From positions 1 through 64,000 of the forward strand of contig JAYFMW010000022.1 in NCBI GenBank assembly GCA_042408215.1: a stretch of DNA of 64,000 bases, given 5' to 3'. Positions 28,321 through 38,435 of this stretch are shown here, piece by piece (the stretch's first letter is position 1; each line of letters starts with the position of its first letter). This DNA is from Microcoleus sp. Lineage in GTDB: Bacteria > Cyanobacteriota > Cyanobacteriia > Cyanobacteriales > Microcoleaceae. The notes beneath the pieces were generated by a model. It was not told the DNA's origin. It saw nothing but the letters and a program-made list of their open reading frames with translations, and made no database searches. A program made the translations under genes and the position numbers.

Positions 28321-31300
28321 ATGAACAACAGCTTAGGGGTTAAGCATTACTTTTCCCAAGCCCAAGAATCATTGCAAAATCTCCCAGCTATTCAGAAACT
28401 ATTGGAGGTGATAGGTACTGCACCGACATTAGTTGCTAAATTAAATGCAGCCTGTGAAATCTCCGATTTTCAGCTAGGAGATGAAATCGCAAAATATCAA
28501 AAACAGGAGTCGGGAATCCAGGGATTAGAAAAATCAGAAATTGATAGCAATTGTTATTTGCTGAGTCAAGGAAAAGTCCGGCTGCTAGCGGTAGAAGCCT
28601 CTCAAGAACAGGAGGTTTCGGCGGCTGTACTGGAAATAGGAGAAATATTTGGGCAAGACAACCTATTTATTGAAAGCGGATTGCCTTACAGGGCAATTGC
28701 AGCCGGTACTTGCCAAATTGTGAGAATTGATGCGGTCAAATTTCAACCAATTTTAGAGGAATTTCCCCAACTGCGACAGCAGTTGCAGCAACAATACCAA
28801 CAGCGGCAACGGTTGATATTTTTTAAGACGCAAACAGAATTGCGCTCCCTCGATCCCCAGCAACAGCAAATCCTCTGGCCTTACTTACTTCCTTACATAG
28901 AAGAAACCCGAATTACCGCCGGAGTTTCCCTCGCTCAGCCTCAAAAATCGACAAATCATTTTTGGCTCCATAGCGGTCAAGTTCAAGGTAAAAAACCGCC
29001 AATTGCAGGCAGTCACTGGGGACATCCCGACCCTGTTCCCGCAGACTGGAAAGCTGAAACAGAATTGATAATTTACCAGCTTAGTGCCAAACAGTGGGAA
29101 ATAGCATCGGCAACTATTGCTGACAGTAATTACCGACCTAAAATCATCCGGAAATCTCCGATATTAACCTTAGTAAAGCCTGCGGAAAAAAAAGATTTAC
29201 CCGGAGTACCGAAAGTCGAAAAGCCTCAAGCCCCTGGGGGAATCATCACCTTTCCCAAACCCAAGCAGCGCCGGTGGTTTGGCAGTGGAGCCCCATTCAT
29301 TCAACAGCAAAGCTCAGCAGATTGCGGAGCCACCTGCTTAGCAATGATTAGCGAATATTGGGGTAAGAAATTCAGCCTCAATTACTTGCGCGAACTAGCA
29401 GAAGTCGGCCGCAGCGGTGCCTCTCTCAAAAGTCTGGCAAAAGCAGCGGAAAAAATGGGATTTCAGACCCGTCCCGTGCGAGCTTCTTTAACTCCTCTCC
29501 GCAATCAAAATCCCTGGATTGCTCACTGGCAAGGCAATCACTACGTTGTTATTTACCGCTTTAAAAATCAACAGGTTTTAGTTGCCGATCCGGCGATGGG
29601 CAAGCGGTGGATGAGCATTAAAAACTTTACCGATAATTGGACTGGCTACGCCCTAATTTTAGACCCGACACCGCAGTTATACCGCAATGACATTGCCGAA
29701 CAGAAAGGGATCAAAACCAAAAATTTTCTGGCTATAGTCTGGCCCTACCGTAGTACGATCGCCCAAATTATCGTCATCTCCTTGTTTCTCCAAATATTTG
29801 GGATAGTTACTCCCCTATTTACCCAAGTAATTCTCGACCAAGTAGTTGTTAGTAAAAGCGTAGTAACGCTGCACGTCTTTTCAGTAGGACTGCTGCTATT
29901 TAGTATTTGGCGAATCCTGTTGGGTGCAAGCAGACAATACTTGCTCGATTACCTTTCTAACCGGATTGACCTGACTTTAATTAGTGGATTTATCAGTCAC
30001 ACTCTCAGTTTGCCGATTAAATTCTTTGAATCGCGTCAGGTTGGCGACATCTTAACGCGCGTTCAGGAAAATCAAAAAATTCAAGCGTTTCTGACTCGCC
30101 GAGCGATTACTGCTTGGTTAGACGCTTTGATGGCGGTAGTTTACATCGGATTGATGATTTACTACAACGGGCGTCTGGCTTTGTTGGTTCTGGCTTTAAT
30201 TCCGCCGATCGTGATTTTGACTTTAGTCGCAACTCCGTTTCTGCGACAAATATCGCGGGAGATTTTTAATGCAGGTGCTAAGCAAAACTCATCTTTGGTA
30301 GAGATGATTACTGGGGTGGCGACGATTAAAGCAACTGCTGCGGAGCGAGAAATGCGCTGGCGCTGGGAAGACCAATTAACAAGTATGATTAATACCCAAT
30401 TTCGGGCGCAAAAATTGGGAAACGCGCTGCAAATAATCGGGGGTTCGATTAATACTTTGGGTAGCACGGCTTTGCTGTGGTACGGGGCGATGCTGGTAAT
30501 TCAAGACCAGTTGACTATCGGTCAATTTGTCGCTTTTAATATGATGATCGGGAGTGTGATTTCTCCTGTGTTGTCTGTAGTGGGACTTTGGGATCAGTTT
30601 CAAGAAGTGCTGGTTTCGATCGAGCGTTTGGATGATGTATTCTCCACCCAAGCTGAAGAAAGTCATGACAAACCGATGCTGGTGCTGCCGCGCATTCAGG
30701 GAAGCGTCAAGTTTGAAAATGTTTCTTTCCGCTATTCCCAAGATGACGAACGGAATACGCTGCAAAATCTTTCTTTTGAGGTGCAAGCTGGAGAAACTGT
30801 AGCAATTGTCGGCCGCAGCGGTTCTGGTAAGAGCACTTTGGTAAAGCTGCTGCAAGGTTTCTATTATCCAGAAAAGGGGCGGCTGACAATTGACGGCCAC
30901 GATATTCGGCATATTTCTTTGCAGTCGTTGCGAGTTCAGTTGGGTGTTGTCCCTCAAGATTGTTTCTTGTTTTCGGGAACGATTTTGGAAAATATTACGC
31001 TGTACAAAAATGGGCAGGATGCTGATTCTACAAGCTTAGCAGAGGCGATAGAGGTGGCGAAGTTAGCAGAAGCTCACGCCTTTATTCAGGATATGCCGCT
31101 TGGTTATCAGACTCCTGTGGGGGAAAGGGGAACGAGTTTGTCTGGGGGACAGCGACAGCGAATTGCGATCGCCCGTGCTCTTTTAGGCGATCCCCGGATT
31201 TTGGTTTTGGATGAAGCAACTTCTTCCTTGGATACCGAGTCTGAGCGGAGGTTCCAGCAAAATCTGGCTCAGATTAGTCGCGATCGCACTGCGTTTATTA

Positions 31301-31446
31301 TCGCTCACCGGTTGTCTACGGTGCGTAATGCCGATCGAATTTTAGTTTTAGACAAAGGCATTTTAGCCGAACAAGGTAATCACGAGCAATTGATGGCTGA
31401 ACGTGGACTTTACTATCACCTTGCTCAGCAACAGCTCGATCTTTAA
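28321..31446 (+). CDS. cNMP-like + C39 peptidase ABC exporter (HlyB/HetC-like)
   Basis: QQSSADCGATCL (catalytic Cys), GNHYVV, VADP; Walker A GRSGSGKS; LSGGQRQR; LDEATS. Confidence 0.92.
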   Translation: MNNSLGVKHYFSQAQESLQNLPAIQKLLEVIGTAPTLVAKLNAACEISDFQLGDEIAKYQKQESGIQGLEKSEIDSNCYLLSQGKVRLLAVEASQEQEVSAAVLEIGEIFGQDNLFIESGLPYRAIAAGTCQIVRIDAVKFQPILEEFPQLRQQLQQQYQQRQRLIFFKTQTELRSLDPQQQQILWPYLLPYIEETRITAGVSLAQPQKSTNHFWLHSGQVQGKKPPIAGSHWGHPDPVPADWKAETELIIYQLSAKQWEIASATIADSNYRPKIIRKSPILTLVKPAEKKDLPGVPKVEKPQAPGGIITFPKPKQRRWFGSGAPFIQQQSSADCGATCLAMISEYWGKKFSLNYLRELAEVGRSGASLKSLAKAAEKMGFQTRPVRASLTPLRNQNPWIAHWQGNHYVVIYRFKNQQVLVADPAMGKRWMSIKNFTDNWTGYALILDPTPQLYRNDIAEQKGIKTKNFLAIVWPYRSTIAQIIVISLFLQIFGIVTPLFTQVILDQVVVSKSVVTLHVFSVGLLLFSIWRILLGASRQYLLDYLSNRIDLTLISGFISHTLSLPIKFFESRQVGDILTRVQENQKIQAFLTRRAITAWLDALMAVVYIGLMIYYNGRLALLVLALIPPIVILTLVATPFLRQISREIFNAGAKQNSSLVEMITGVATIKATAAEREMRWRWEDQLTSMINTQFRAQKLGNALQIIGGSINTLGSTALLWYGAMLVIQDQLTIGQFVAFNMMIGSVISPVLSVVGLWDQFQEVLVSIERLDDVFSTQAEESHDKPMLVLPRIQGSVKFENVSFRYSQDDERNTLQNLSFEVQAGETVAIVGRSGSGKSTLVKLLQGFYYPEKGRLTIDGHDIRHISLQSLRVQLGVVPQDCFLFSGTILENITLYKNGQDADSTSLAEAIEVAKLAEAHAFIQDMPLGYQTPVGERGTSLSGGQRQRIAIARALLGDPRILVLDEATSSLDTESERRFQQNLAQISRDRTAFIIAHRLSTVRNADRILVLDKGILAEQGNHEQLMAERGLYYHLAQQQLDL

Positions 31447-31716
31447 GTCATTAGTCATTAGTCATTAGTCATTAGTCATTAGTCATTAGTCATTAGTCAT
31501 TAGTCATTAGTCATTAGTCATTAGTCATTAGTCATTAGTCATTAGTCATTAGTTATTGGTGATTCGTGATTGGTGATTAGTGATTGGTTATTAGTTATTA
31601 GTAACAATCCACAACTAAGGACTAAGGACTAAGGACTAAGGACTAAGGACTAAGGACTAAGGACTAACACCTGACAACAGTCAATAGTCAACAGTTAACA
31701 GTTAACAGTCAACAGA
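31447..31716. repeat. STRR block: gtcatta x15, ctaagga x~7, gtcaaca-type
   Basis: Tandem 7-mers between the exporter and hlyD. Confidence 0.92.
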
Positions 31717-31735
31717 CTAATTTGGAGTAAATATC

Positions 31736-33535
31736 ATGCTTTCAGAAGATGTCAAAGAATTAGGAGGCACTCCTGATGAAATAGCTGAAGTTTATGGGGG
31801 TGTAGCTTTAAAAGAAAACGAAGTCAGTCAAAAAGATCGCTCTTTAGAAGTAGTCGAACCTCAAAATCGATCTGCTAAAATCAATGAATATATCAATCCT
31901 GCCAAGTTCCGCACGACAGATGAAGATAATTGGTCTGCTTCTTTGCAGTCGGTACTCGACCAACCATCGGTATCTTTTCCCCAGAAGTTGATATTAGGAG
32001 GAATGATTTTTTCCGTAGCTTTTGGAGCGTGGGCAACTTTCGGAAAAATCGATCAAGTCGGTCACGCTCAGGGCAAATTAGTACCCAAAGGTGCTGTTTA
32101 CAAAATTCATCCGACTGAGCCGGGAAAAATCATTAACCTGGCGATTAAAGAAGGTCAAAAGGTGAAAGCTGGACAATTATTGGCAGAATTAGACCCGGAA
32201 ACGGCTTCTAGCGAGGTGGAACGTCTCGATAAAATTCTCGACGCTGCTCAGATTCAATTGGTGCAGCAGATTAGTTCGATCGAACGAACGCGATTGGAAG
32301 CTCAAGCCAGCAAAGCGATTGCTGAAGCAGACAAGCGCGGGGCCCAAGCTGCGATCGACCGTGCTCGCGCTTCAGTGGCTACCACGCAGTCTCAAATCGA
32401 GCAATTGCAAGCAGATGTAGTCTTCCAGCAAGCACGCCAGCAAAAGCTCAAACCTTTGGAAAAGAACGTGCAAGACTTGGTTTCGCAACTGCAAACAGAT
32501 ATTAACTCCCAGCAAGGGCGGCGCGATCGGGTGAAACCGCTGCAACGCAAGACTCAAGAATTGCTGGCACAATTGCAAGCAAAAGTAGCGGCTCACAAAG
32601 AGCGAATCGGGCGGCTCAAACCTTTGGTAGATGAAGGAGCACTGTCAAAAGACGTATTGTTTCAAGCTGAGGAAGCTCTGCGGGAAAGCGAAAATGCGGT
32701 GATTAGAAGCCAATTGGGAGAGGAAAGTCAGGCTAACGATCGCGCCTTTGAAGTCGAGCAAACCGTGCGCGACAGGCAAACCGCTCAGATCAGGAGTCAA
32801 CTGTCTGATGCAACTGTGGTTAAGGAAAGGCTGTTTGAAGTCGAGCAAAGTTTGCGCGATCGAACTAGCGCCATTTCTAAAACCCAAGGCGAATTAACCC
32901 AACAATTGGCAGAAGTCGATCGACTACAAGCCCAAGCCCAAAGCCAACAAGCTACAGCCCGCCAAACGCAGTTAGAAAAAGAGCAAAAAATTCAGCAGTT
33001 GGAAATGGAATTAAATCAAGTCAAATCCAAAATTGCCGAAACCCAAACTATGCTAGCTCAAGCCAAAAATAAACTGAAACAAAGATTTCTCTACGCACCA
33101 GTCAACGGAGTTATTTCGGCACTCAATGTTGACAACATTGGCGAAGTCGTTCAAACCGGTCAAACCATTGCGGAAATGACTCCGAATCAAGCTCCTTTAG
33201 TGCTGGAAGTCAGTTTACCAAACCGAGAAGCGGGATTTGTCAAAACCGGAATGCCGGTGCAAGTCAAATTCGATGCTTTTCCTTATCAAAATTACGGCGT
33301 TATTCCGGGAAAAGTGGTTTCGATTTCGCCAGATGCCAAAACCGACCAGCGATTGGGCGTTTTCTACCGGGTGGAAGTGAGTATCGATCGAGATTCAGTG
33401 AAAGCCAACAATCAAAGCTGGAAACTGAAAGCTGGCCAGACAGCTAGTGCAGAAATTGTGATCCGTCAGCGCAGCATAGCTGACATTTTGCTCGATCCTC
33501 TTAAGCAACTACAAAAGGGTGGCATGAGTTTGTAG
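31736..33535 (+). CDS. HlyD family membrane fusion protein
   Basis: TM segment, AQGKLVP, long coiled coil, APVNGVI, KFDAFPYQNYG. Confidence 0.92.
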   Translation: MLSEDVKELGGTPDEIAEVYGGVALKENEVSQKDRSLEVVEPQNRSAKINEYINPAKFRTTDEDNWSASLQSVLDQPSVSFPQKLILGGMIFSVAFGAWATFGKIDQVGHAQGKLVPKGAVYKIHPTEPGKIINLAIKEGQKVKAGQLLAELDPETASSEVERLDKILDAAQIQLVQQISSIERTRLEAQASKAIAEADKRGAQAAIDRARASVATTQSQIEQLQADVVFQQARQQKLKPLEKNVQDLVSQLQTDINSQQGRRDRVKPLQRKTQELLAQLQAKVAAHKERIGRLKPLVDEGALSKDVLFQAEEALRESENAVIRSQLGEESQANDRAFEVEQTVRDRQTAQIRSQLSDATVVKERLFEVEQSLRDRTSAISKTQGELTQQLAEVDRLQAQAQSQQATARQTQLEKEQKIQQLEMELNQVKSKIAETQTMLAQAKNKLKQRFLYAPVNGVISALNVDNIGEVVQTGQTIAEMTPNQAPLVLEVSLPNREAGFVKTGMPVQVKFDAFPYQNYGVIPGKVVSISPDAKTDQRLGVFYRVEVSIDRDSVKANNQSWKLKAGQTASAEIVIRQRSIADILLDPLKQLQKGGMSL

Positions 33536-33544
33536 AAATATAGC

Positions 33545-33705
33545 AGAAGGAAGAAGGAAGAAGGAAGAAGGAAGAAGGAAGAAGGCTGTTAACAGTCAAC
33601 CGTTAAAAGTTAACAGTCAACAGCCAACAGCCAACCGTCAACCGTCAACCGTCAACCGTCAACAGTCAACAGCTAACAGCCAACAGCTAACATTCAACAG
33701 TTAAC
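33545..33705. repeat. STRR tracts (gaaggaa, gtcaacc/agctaac)
   Basis: Tandem 7-mers. Confidence 0.8.
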
Positions 33706-33739
33706 AGATTTGCACTTTACAAAAAACAGGATAAAAACG

Positions 33740-34135
33740 ATGAATTCCCAATTTCACAATTCTGCCAGCCATTCGCAAGTTGGAATTAAACCCGAACAAT
33801 TGGATGAGATAATTTCAGCCATCCTGTCAGGAAAGTATTCTTGGGCTTGTTTTTTACTTTTGCGTTGTACCGGTTACAACCCTCTCGACTACATCCCCTA
33901 TCGCACTTCCAACCGCTTGCTGAAGGAAAACAGTCAAATCAGCAAGTCTAGTCAATCGGAAACTAAGTCTGCATTGGGCAAAATTGCTGATTTAGATTAT
34001 CTGGAGGTGGCGAGGGACAAACGAGCCGGAGTTCGAGGGGGTTCTGTACCTGAAGTCAAGGAAGGGATTGATGTTCAAAATCCAGGATTTTTTGCGGGAT
34101 TTAAGACAGGTTTGTTTAATTTCGCGGGCGAGTAG
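33740..34135 (+). CDS. hetP: HetP family protein
   Basis: [39 protein letters not shown]. Confidence 0.85.
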   Translation: MNSQFHNSASHSQVGIKPEQLDEIISAILSGKYSWACFLLLRCTGYNPLDYIPYRTSNRLLKENSQISKSSQSETKSALGKIADLDYLEVARDKRAGVRGGSVPEVKEGIDVQNPGFFAGFKTGLFNFAGE

Positions 34136-34523
34136 ATTGTGCGATCGCAACATAACCCGGTTGCTGGGGTTGGCTGTACCACTTTGTTGATTGACTCGCG
34201 GGCGATCGGGTTTTTCAGTATTGAGCCAAATACTACAATCTTCCAGTCTCGTTAATAGACTCTAAAACGAGGCTGATTTTTCTATTTCAAAATACATCTA
34301 TCGCCTCTAGTGGTTGAGCAAGTAATTAACAGATATTTATGAAGTTAACTTGACATGATAATTTTCCACAAATCTGCCAAATTGGCAACACAGATTTAAT
34401 TATTCCAGATATATTAGGTACAGAGAAAGCCCACAAGATTGCTGACAGCAACCAATCAATTTAAACAGCAGTGATTCTGACACAACTGCTCCTCCAGAAG
34501 TTAGCAATACAGAAGGCGATCCT

Positions 34524-35263
34524 GTGCGTTCAACTGTCACCTACGACAGCAACGGCGGCGAACATTGGGGCGGCAATCGTGACAGCGATGTGATTGCTTA
34601 TGGTAGCGGATTCGATGCAATTTTTGCAGGAAATGGCGACGATATTGTCACAGGTAATAGAGGCAATGATATGATGGATGGAGGTGCTGGAAACGACTCT
34701 TTGCGAGGAGGAAGAGGTCAAGATTTACTAATTGGCGGCAAGGGCGATGATTTTCTGTGCGGCGATTTCGGCGCTGATACATTGACGGGAGGTAACGGTG
34801 CTGATCCGTTTGTATTTAGACCGGAGACAGCGACTCAATTAGCTAATCTAGCTGATGCAGATATCGTCCAAGATTTCAAGGCGGCTCAAGGCGATCAAAT
34901 TGGGTTGACAGCAGGAATTGCGATCGCAGAGATTGCACTGCAAGTATTGGATACTGACCAATAATTTCAAAGGTGGTACAAGCCCCCGGATTTATTCCTT
35001 CGAGGACTCAGGACGGAATCAATCCAAAATCCAAAATCTAAAATCCTCAAGCCCCCGCATTTATCCGTGGGGTAAATCTAAAATCTAAAATCTAAAATCT
35101 AAAATCGATTGACGGTGACGGTCAAGCTGATGCGACTCTAGTCAAATTTAGTTCCAATAATGGCGATCGCATTTTAGCTGTAGTTTTAGGAACAGTTAAT
35201 GCGGCGGGAGCAACAAATTTGACAAATGCAGATTTTATTACTTTGCCAAATAACAGTTTTTAA
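34524..35263 (+). pseudogene. RTX/hemolysin-type Ca-binding protein interrupted by a 155-bp insertion
   Basis: GGxGxD nonapeptides; removing 34959-35113 restores ..LDTDGDGQADATLVKF..NNSF*; start uncertain. Confidence 0.8.
34959..35113 (+). mobile_element. TGAC-bounded hairpin/STRR element
   Basis: Two gccccc..atttat.. hairpin units plus aatctaa tracts; TGAC at both junctions. Confidence 0.75.
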
Positions 35264-35344
35264 TTTTTCTTAGGACTTACGCACCTACTCTATTTGTAGG
35301 GTGCGCCTCGGCGCACCTTACACAACCAAAAGGGACAGAGAAAC

Positions 35345-36100
35345 ATGAACAACTTTTACCAGCCATTGATTGAGGCCAATGAAATTATCGATTCACTCAG
35401 ACAAGAGTTGCAATTAAAGCAAGTTTGTCAAAAACACTTGCAGAAAAAAGTTATTGACAAAGCCGCCAAAGAACGGGGGTTAACCGTGACTCCCGAAGAA
35501 ATTCAAGCAGAGGGGGACAAACTGCGGCGCGATCAGCGTTTGGAGAAAGCTGCGGATACCATTGCTTGGCTAGCGGATCAGATGATTTCGGTAGAAGATT
35601 TAGAGGCAGGAATTTGCGATCGACTCCTGGCTAAAAAACTAGCCGAACACTTATTTGGCAAAGAAGTAGAAAAGAATTTTGTCCAAAATAAATTGCGATT
35701 TGATCGAATCATTCTTTATCAAATAATTGTCAATGAACCTGAGCTGGCTCAAGAACTATTTTATCAAATTCAAGAAGGAGAAATCAGCTTTTTTGATGCG
35801 GCTCATTTTTACGACATTGACGAAAATCGTCGGAATTTATGTGGTTGCGAAGGCAAGGTTTATCGGTGGGGTTTAAATCCAGAACTGGCCGTTGCAGCAT
35901 TTAGCGCTCAACCGGGAAAGGTGATTCGTCCAATTAAAACTGACCTAGGATATCACTTGTTCATGGTTGAAAAGTTTCTCCCTGCTGAATTAACCCCTGA
36001 ACGGTATGAAGAAATCTTGCGAAATATGTTTAACGAATGGTTGTCTAATGAGGTAAACTATTTGTTATACAATCAATCCGAGACTGCGATCGCTCGGTAA
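35345..36100 (+). CDS. PpiC-type peptidyl-prolyl isomerase
   Basis: ELAQELFYQIQEGEISF..AAHFY, PIKTDLGYHL; a type commonly found beside cyanobacterial peptide exporters. Confidence 0.85.
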   Translation: MNNFYQPLIEANEIIDSLRQELQLKQVCQKHLQKKVIDKAAKERGLTVTPEEIQAEGDKLRRDQRLEKAADTIAWLADQMISVEDLEAGICDRLLAKKLAEHLFGKEVEKNFVQNKLRFDRIILYQIIVNEPELAQELFYQIQEGEISFFDAAHFYDIDENRRNLCGCEGKVYRWGLNPELAVAAFSAQPGKVIRPIKTDLGYHLFMVEKFLPAELTPERYEEILRNMFNEWLSNEVNYLLYNQSETAIAR

Positions 36101-36107
36101 TAAAACC

Positions 36108-36305
36108 ATGAAAAAATATAAAACTATAATCAAACGGATGATCTCAGCGGATGGTTGTGCAAAAGCTGAAGCAACAAGCACAACTGTAGAGGATGGTGAA
36201 ACTCAAGTCAGTCAATTTGGATCGGCAAAAGTCAGTCATGGGCACAGCAGCAGCAGTTCCAGCTCTAGCTCTGCTAGCTGTAGCAGTTCTACCAATTTAA
36301 GGTGA
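36108..36305 (+). CDS. Small Ser-rich protein
   Basis: ATG 7 nt after the PpiC stop; poly-Ser tail; last codons come from an adjacent MITE. Confidence 0.6.
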   Translation: MKKYKTIIKRMISADGCAKAEATSTTVEDGETQVSQFGSAKVSHGHSSSSSSSSSASCSSSTNLR

Positions 36306-36454
36306 AGTTGCATAGAATCTGATCCCCCCTAACCCCCCTTAATAAGGGGGGAACAAGATTCTGCTCTTTCGTCACCCCCTACTCACACCCTACTCCCTTA
36401 TTAAGGGGGATGCGAGGGGGATCGAGATATATGCAACGACCCATTAAATTGGTA
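36290..36454. mobile_element. MITE with internal gatcccc hairpin repeat
   Basis: TIR taccaatttaa..gttgcata / tatgcaac..ttaaattggta. Confidence 0.7.
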
Positions 36455-36592
36455 TTAGTGGGATAATGGCAATAAAGCCCTAGTGTCACACTTCAATTAG
36501 AACCCCGACTTCTTAAAGAAGTAGGGGTTCTGGGTATTTTGTTTTTTTAGGTGCTAAACTTAAATAACTACAATCCTCAAACACAGTAACCG

Positions 36593-36877
36593 ATGCCGAA
36601 AGCAATTTGGAATGGTGCCGTTCTGGCCGAAAGCGACAAGTGTGAAGTCGTAGATAACAACTATTACTTCCCCCCAGATGCCATCAAACGCGAGTATTTT
36701 AAGGACAGCAGCACCCACACTACTTGCGGTTGGAAAGGTGTCGCTAGTTACTACAGCGTCGAAGTCGGTGGACAAGTCAATAAAGATGCCGCTTGGTATT
36801 ATCCTACTCCGAAAGATGCGGCCAAAAATATTGGAGGCTACATTGCTTTTTGGAAAGGAGTTAAAGTGGAAGTTTGA
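36593..36877 (+). CDS. DUF427 family protein
   Basis: KAIWNGAVLAES, NYYFPP, TCGWKGVASYY, AAWYYP. Confidence 0.9.
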   Translation: MPKAIWNGAVLAESDKCEVVDNNYYFPPDAIKREYFKDSSTHTTCGWKGVASYYSVEVGGQVNKDAAWYYPTPKDAAKNIGGYIAFWKGVKVEV

Positions 36878-36911
36878 CATCCACCCCGCCGTGAACGGAC
36901 GGGGATTCCAT

Positions 36912-38138
36912 CTATTTAAGCAGATCAAAAATTGACAACTGCTTAAATTCTGGTTGGGTTGACGCTTCAATGGCTACTGCTACCTTGGCGGTAGTCTTAC
37001 GTCTACCTCCACGTCCGTTTAGAGTCTCCGAAAGCCCTCCGGCGACCTTAATATTAATTGCAGCGTTAACATCTCTATCGTGATAACTGCCACAATTAAG
37101 ACAAATCCACTCTCTAACATTTAACTCTTTTTTGCCACCGCGAAAACCACAGCAAGAGCAAGTCCCAGAAGTGGGAGTCCATCTATCAATCACTCGAAAA
37201 TCACGACCGTACATTACCGACTTAGCCTCTAACATAGTTCTAAAACTACGCCAGCCTAAGTCGCTAATAGCACGGGACAACCTGCGATTTTTCATCATAC
37301 CTGAAACATTCAAATCTTCCAAGACTATTGTTTGGTTTTCACGAATAATCTTAGTTGACAGTTTGTGAATAAAATCATTTCGAGTATCAGAAATTTTAGC
37401 GTGAAGTTTAGCTAATTTTTTTCTAGCCACTTCCCTTCTTTTACTCCCTTTTTGTTTTCTTGACAAATTGCGCTGTAATTTTCTTAAACGCTTTAACTGT
37501 TTCTTTAAAGGTTTAGGTGATTTAACTTTTTCACCGTTACTTAAAGTAGCAAAATCAGTTATTCCTAAATCAATTCCTACACTTGAACCGTTCTTAGGTA
37601 ATTGTTGAGGATTAAACTCAACGACAAAGCTAACAAAGTATCTATCAGCACTATCTTTGATGAGGGTAACACTGGAAGGAATAGCTGGTAATTGTCTACT
37701 CCAGATTACTTGGATATCACCTATTTTAGCCAGGTAAATATAATCAGAATCAGGAGCGAGTTTAAAACCATTACCAGTGAACTTAGCAGACTGTTTAGAC
37801 TTACGTTTTTTAAATCTAGGCGGTTTAACTTTCTTGCCTTTTCTTTGTCCTTTACAAGATTTGAAAAAGTTTGAATAAGCCTGCTCTAAATCTCTCAAAG
37901 ACTGTTGCAATGGAATAGAGGAAACTTCTGTTAACCATTGTTTTCCCTCCGTTTTTTTGATTTCTGTAAGTCTTTTAGAAAGTTCAATGCTAGAAGGTTT
38001 TTTATTCCCGTTTTGCTCCTCCTGTTTGCAATATGCTAAGGCATCGTTAAAGACTACCCGACAACAACCAAACAATTGAGACAAAAGCCTCTTTTGTTGG
38101 GTTGTTGGGTAGATTCGATAGCGATACCTTAATTTCAT
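36912..38138 (-). CDS. tnpB: RNA-guided endonuclease TnpB (IS605 type)
   Basis: YRYRIYPT..FGCCRVVFN; RuvC VGIDLG / LEDL / RDVNAA intact; zinc finger CSCC..CLNC. Confidence 0.95.
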   Translation of the reverse strand: MKLRYRYRIYPTTQQKRLLSQLFGCCRVVFNDALAYCKQEEQNGNKKPSSIELSKRLTEIKKTEGKQWLTEVSSIPLQQSLRDLEQAYSNFFKSCKGQRKGKKVKPPRFKKRKSKQSAKFTGNGFKLAPDSDYIYLAKIGDIQVIWSRQLPAIPSSVTLIKDSADRYFVSFVVEFNPQQLPKNGSSVGIDLGITDFATLSNGEKVKSPKPLKKQLKRLRKLQRNLSRKQKGSKRREVARKKLAKLHAKISDTRNDFIHKLSTKIIRENQTIVLEDLNVSGMMKNRRLSRAISDLGWRSFRTMLEAKSVMYGRDFRVIDRWTPTSGTCSCCGFRGGKKELNVREWICLNCGSYHDRDVNAAINIKVAGGLSETLNGRGGRRKTTAKVAVAIEASTQPEFKQLSIFDLLK

Positions 38139-38190
38139 TGACTTATTTTGCCCTGGGAATACACTCTAATTATAGAGTTGCTTTTAGAGT

Positions 38191-38343
38191 ATGTCAAGAG
38201 CTAAAAAAATTCAATTCAATGTCAATGAAAGCGAATACCAACAACTTAAAGAATATGCAGAATTTCTTAATATTTCAATGGCTGAAGTCTTGAGGGATTA
38301 TATTAAGTCTTTGGAAATCCGTCCTAGAAGGACGGGGTTTTAA
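38191..38343 (+). CDS. 50-aa CopG/ribbon-helix-helix protein (not in the ORF track)
   Basis: MSRAKKIQFNVNESEYQQLKEYAEFLNISMAEVLRDYIKSLEIRPRRTGF. Confidence 0.75.
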   Translation: MSRAKKIQFNVNESEYQQLKEYAEFLNISMAEVLRDYIKSLEIRPRRTGF

Positions 38344-38435
38344 ACCCAAATCTCTGATCGGGGAGTTTTGAGTTAATTTCCAGATTCCCGACTTCTTGAA
38401 GAAGTCGGGAATCTGGAAGTTGAATCCTTCTCAAA

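Larger units (their letters stand above)
36874..38356 (-). mobile_element. IS200/IS605-family (IS1341-like) element, RHH + TnpB, no tnpA
   Basis: Minus-strand left-end hairpin ccccgtccttctaggacgg; right end gaatccccgtccgttcacggcggggtggatgTCAA. Confidence 0.85.

Noticed and set aside
36560..36970. Antisense 136-aa ORF
   Set aside because: Shadow of DUF427 and the IS right end
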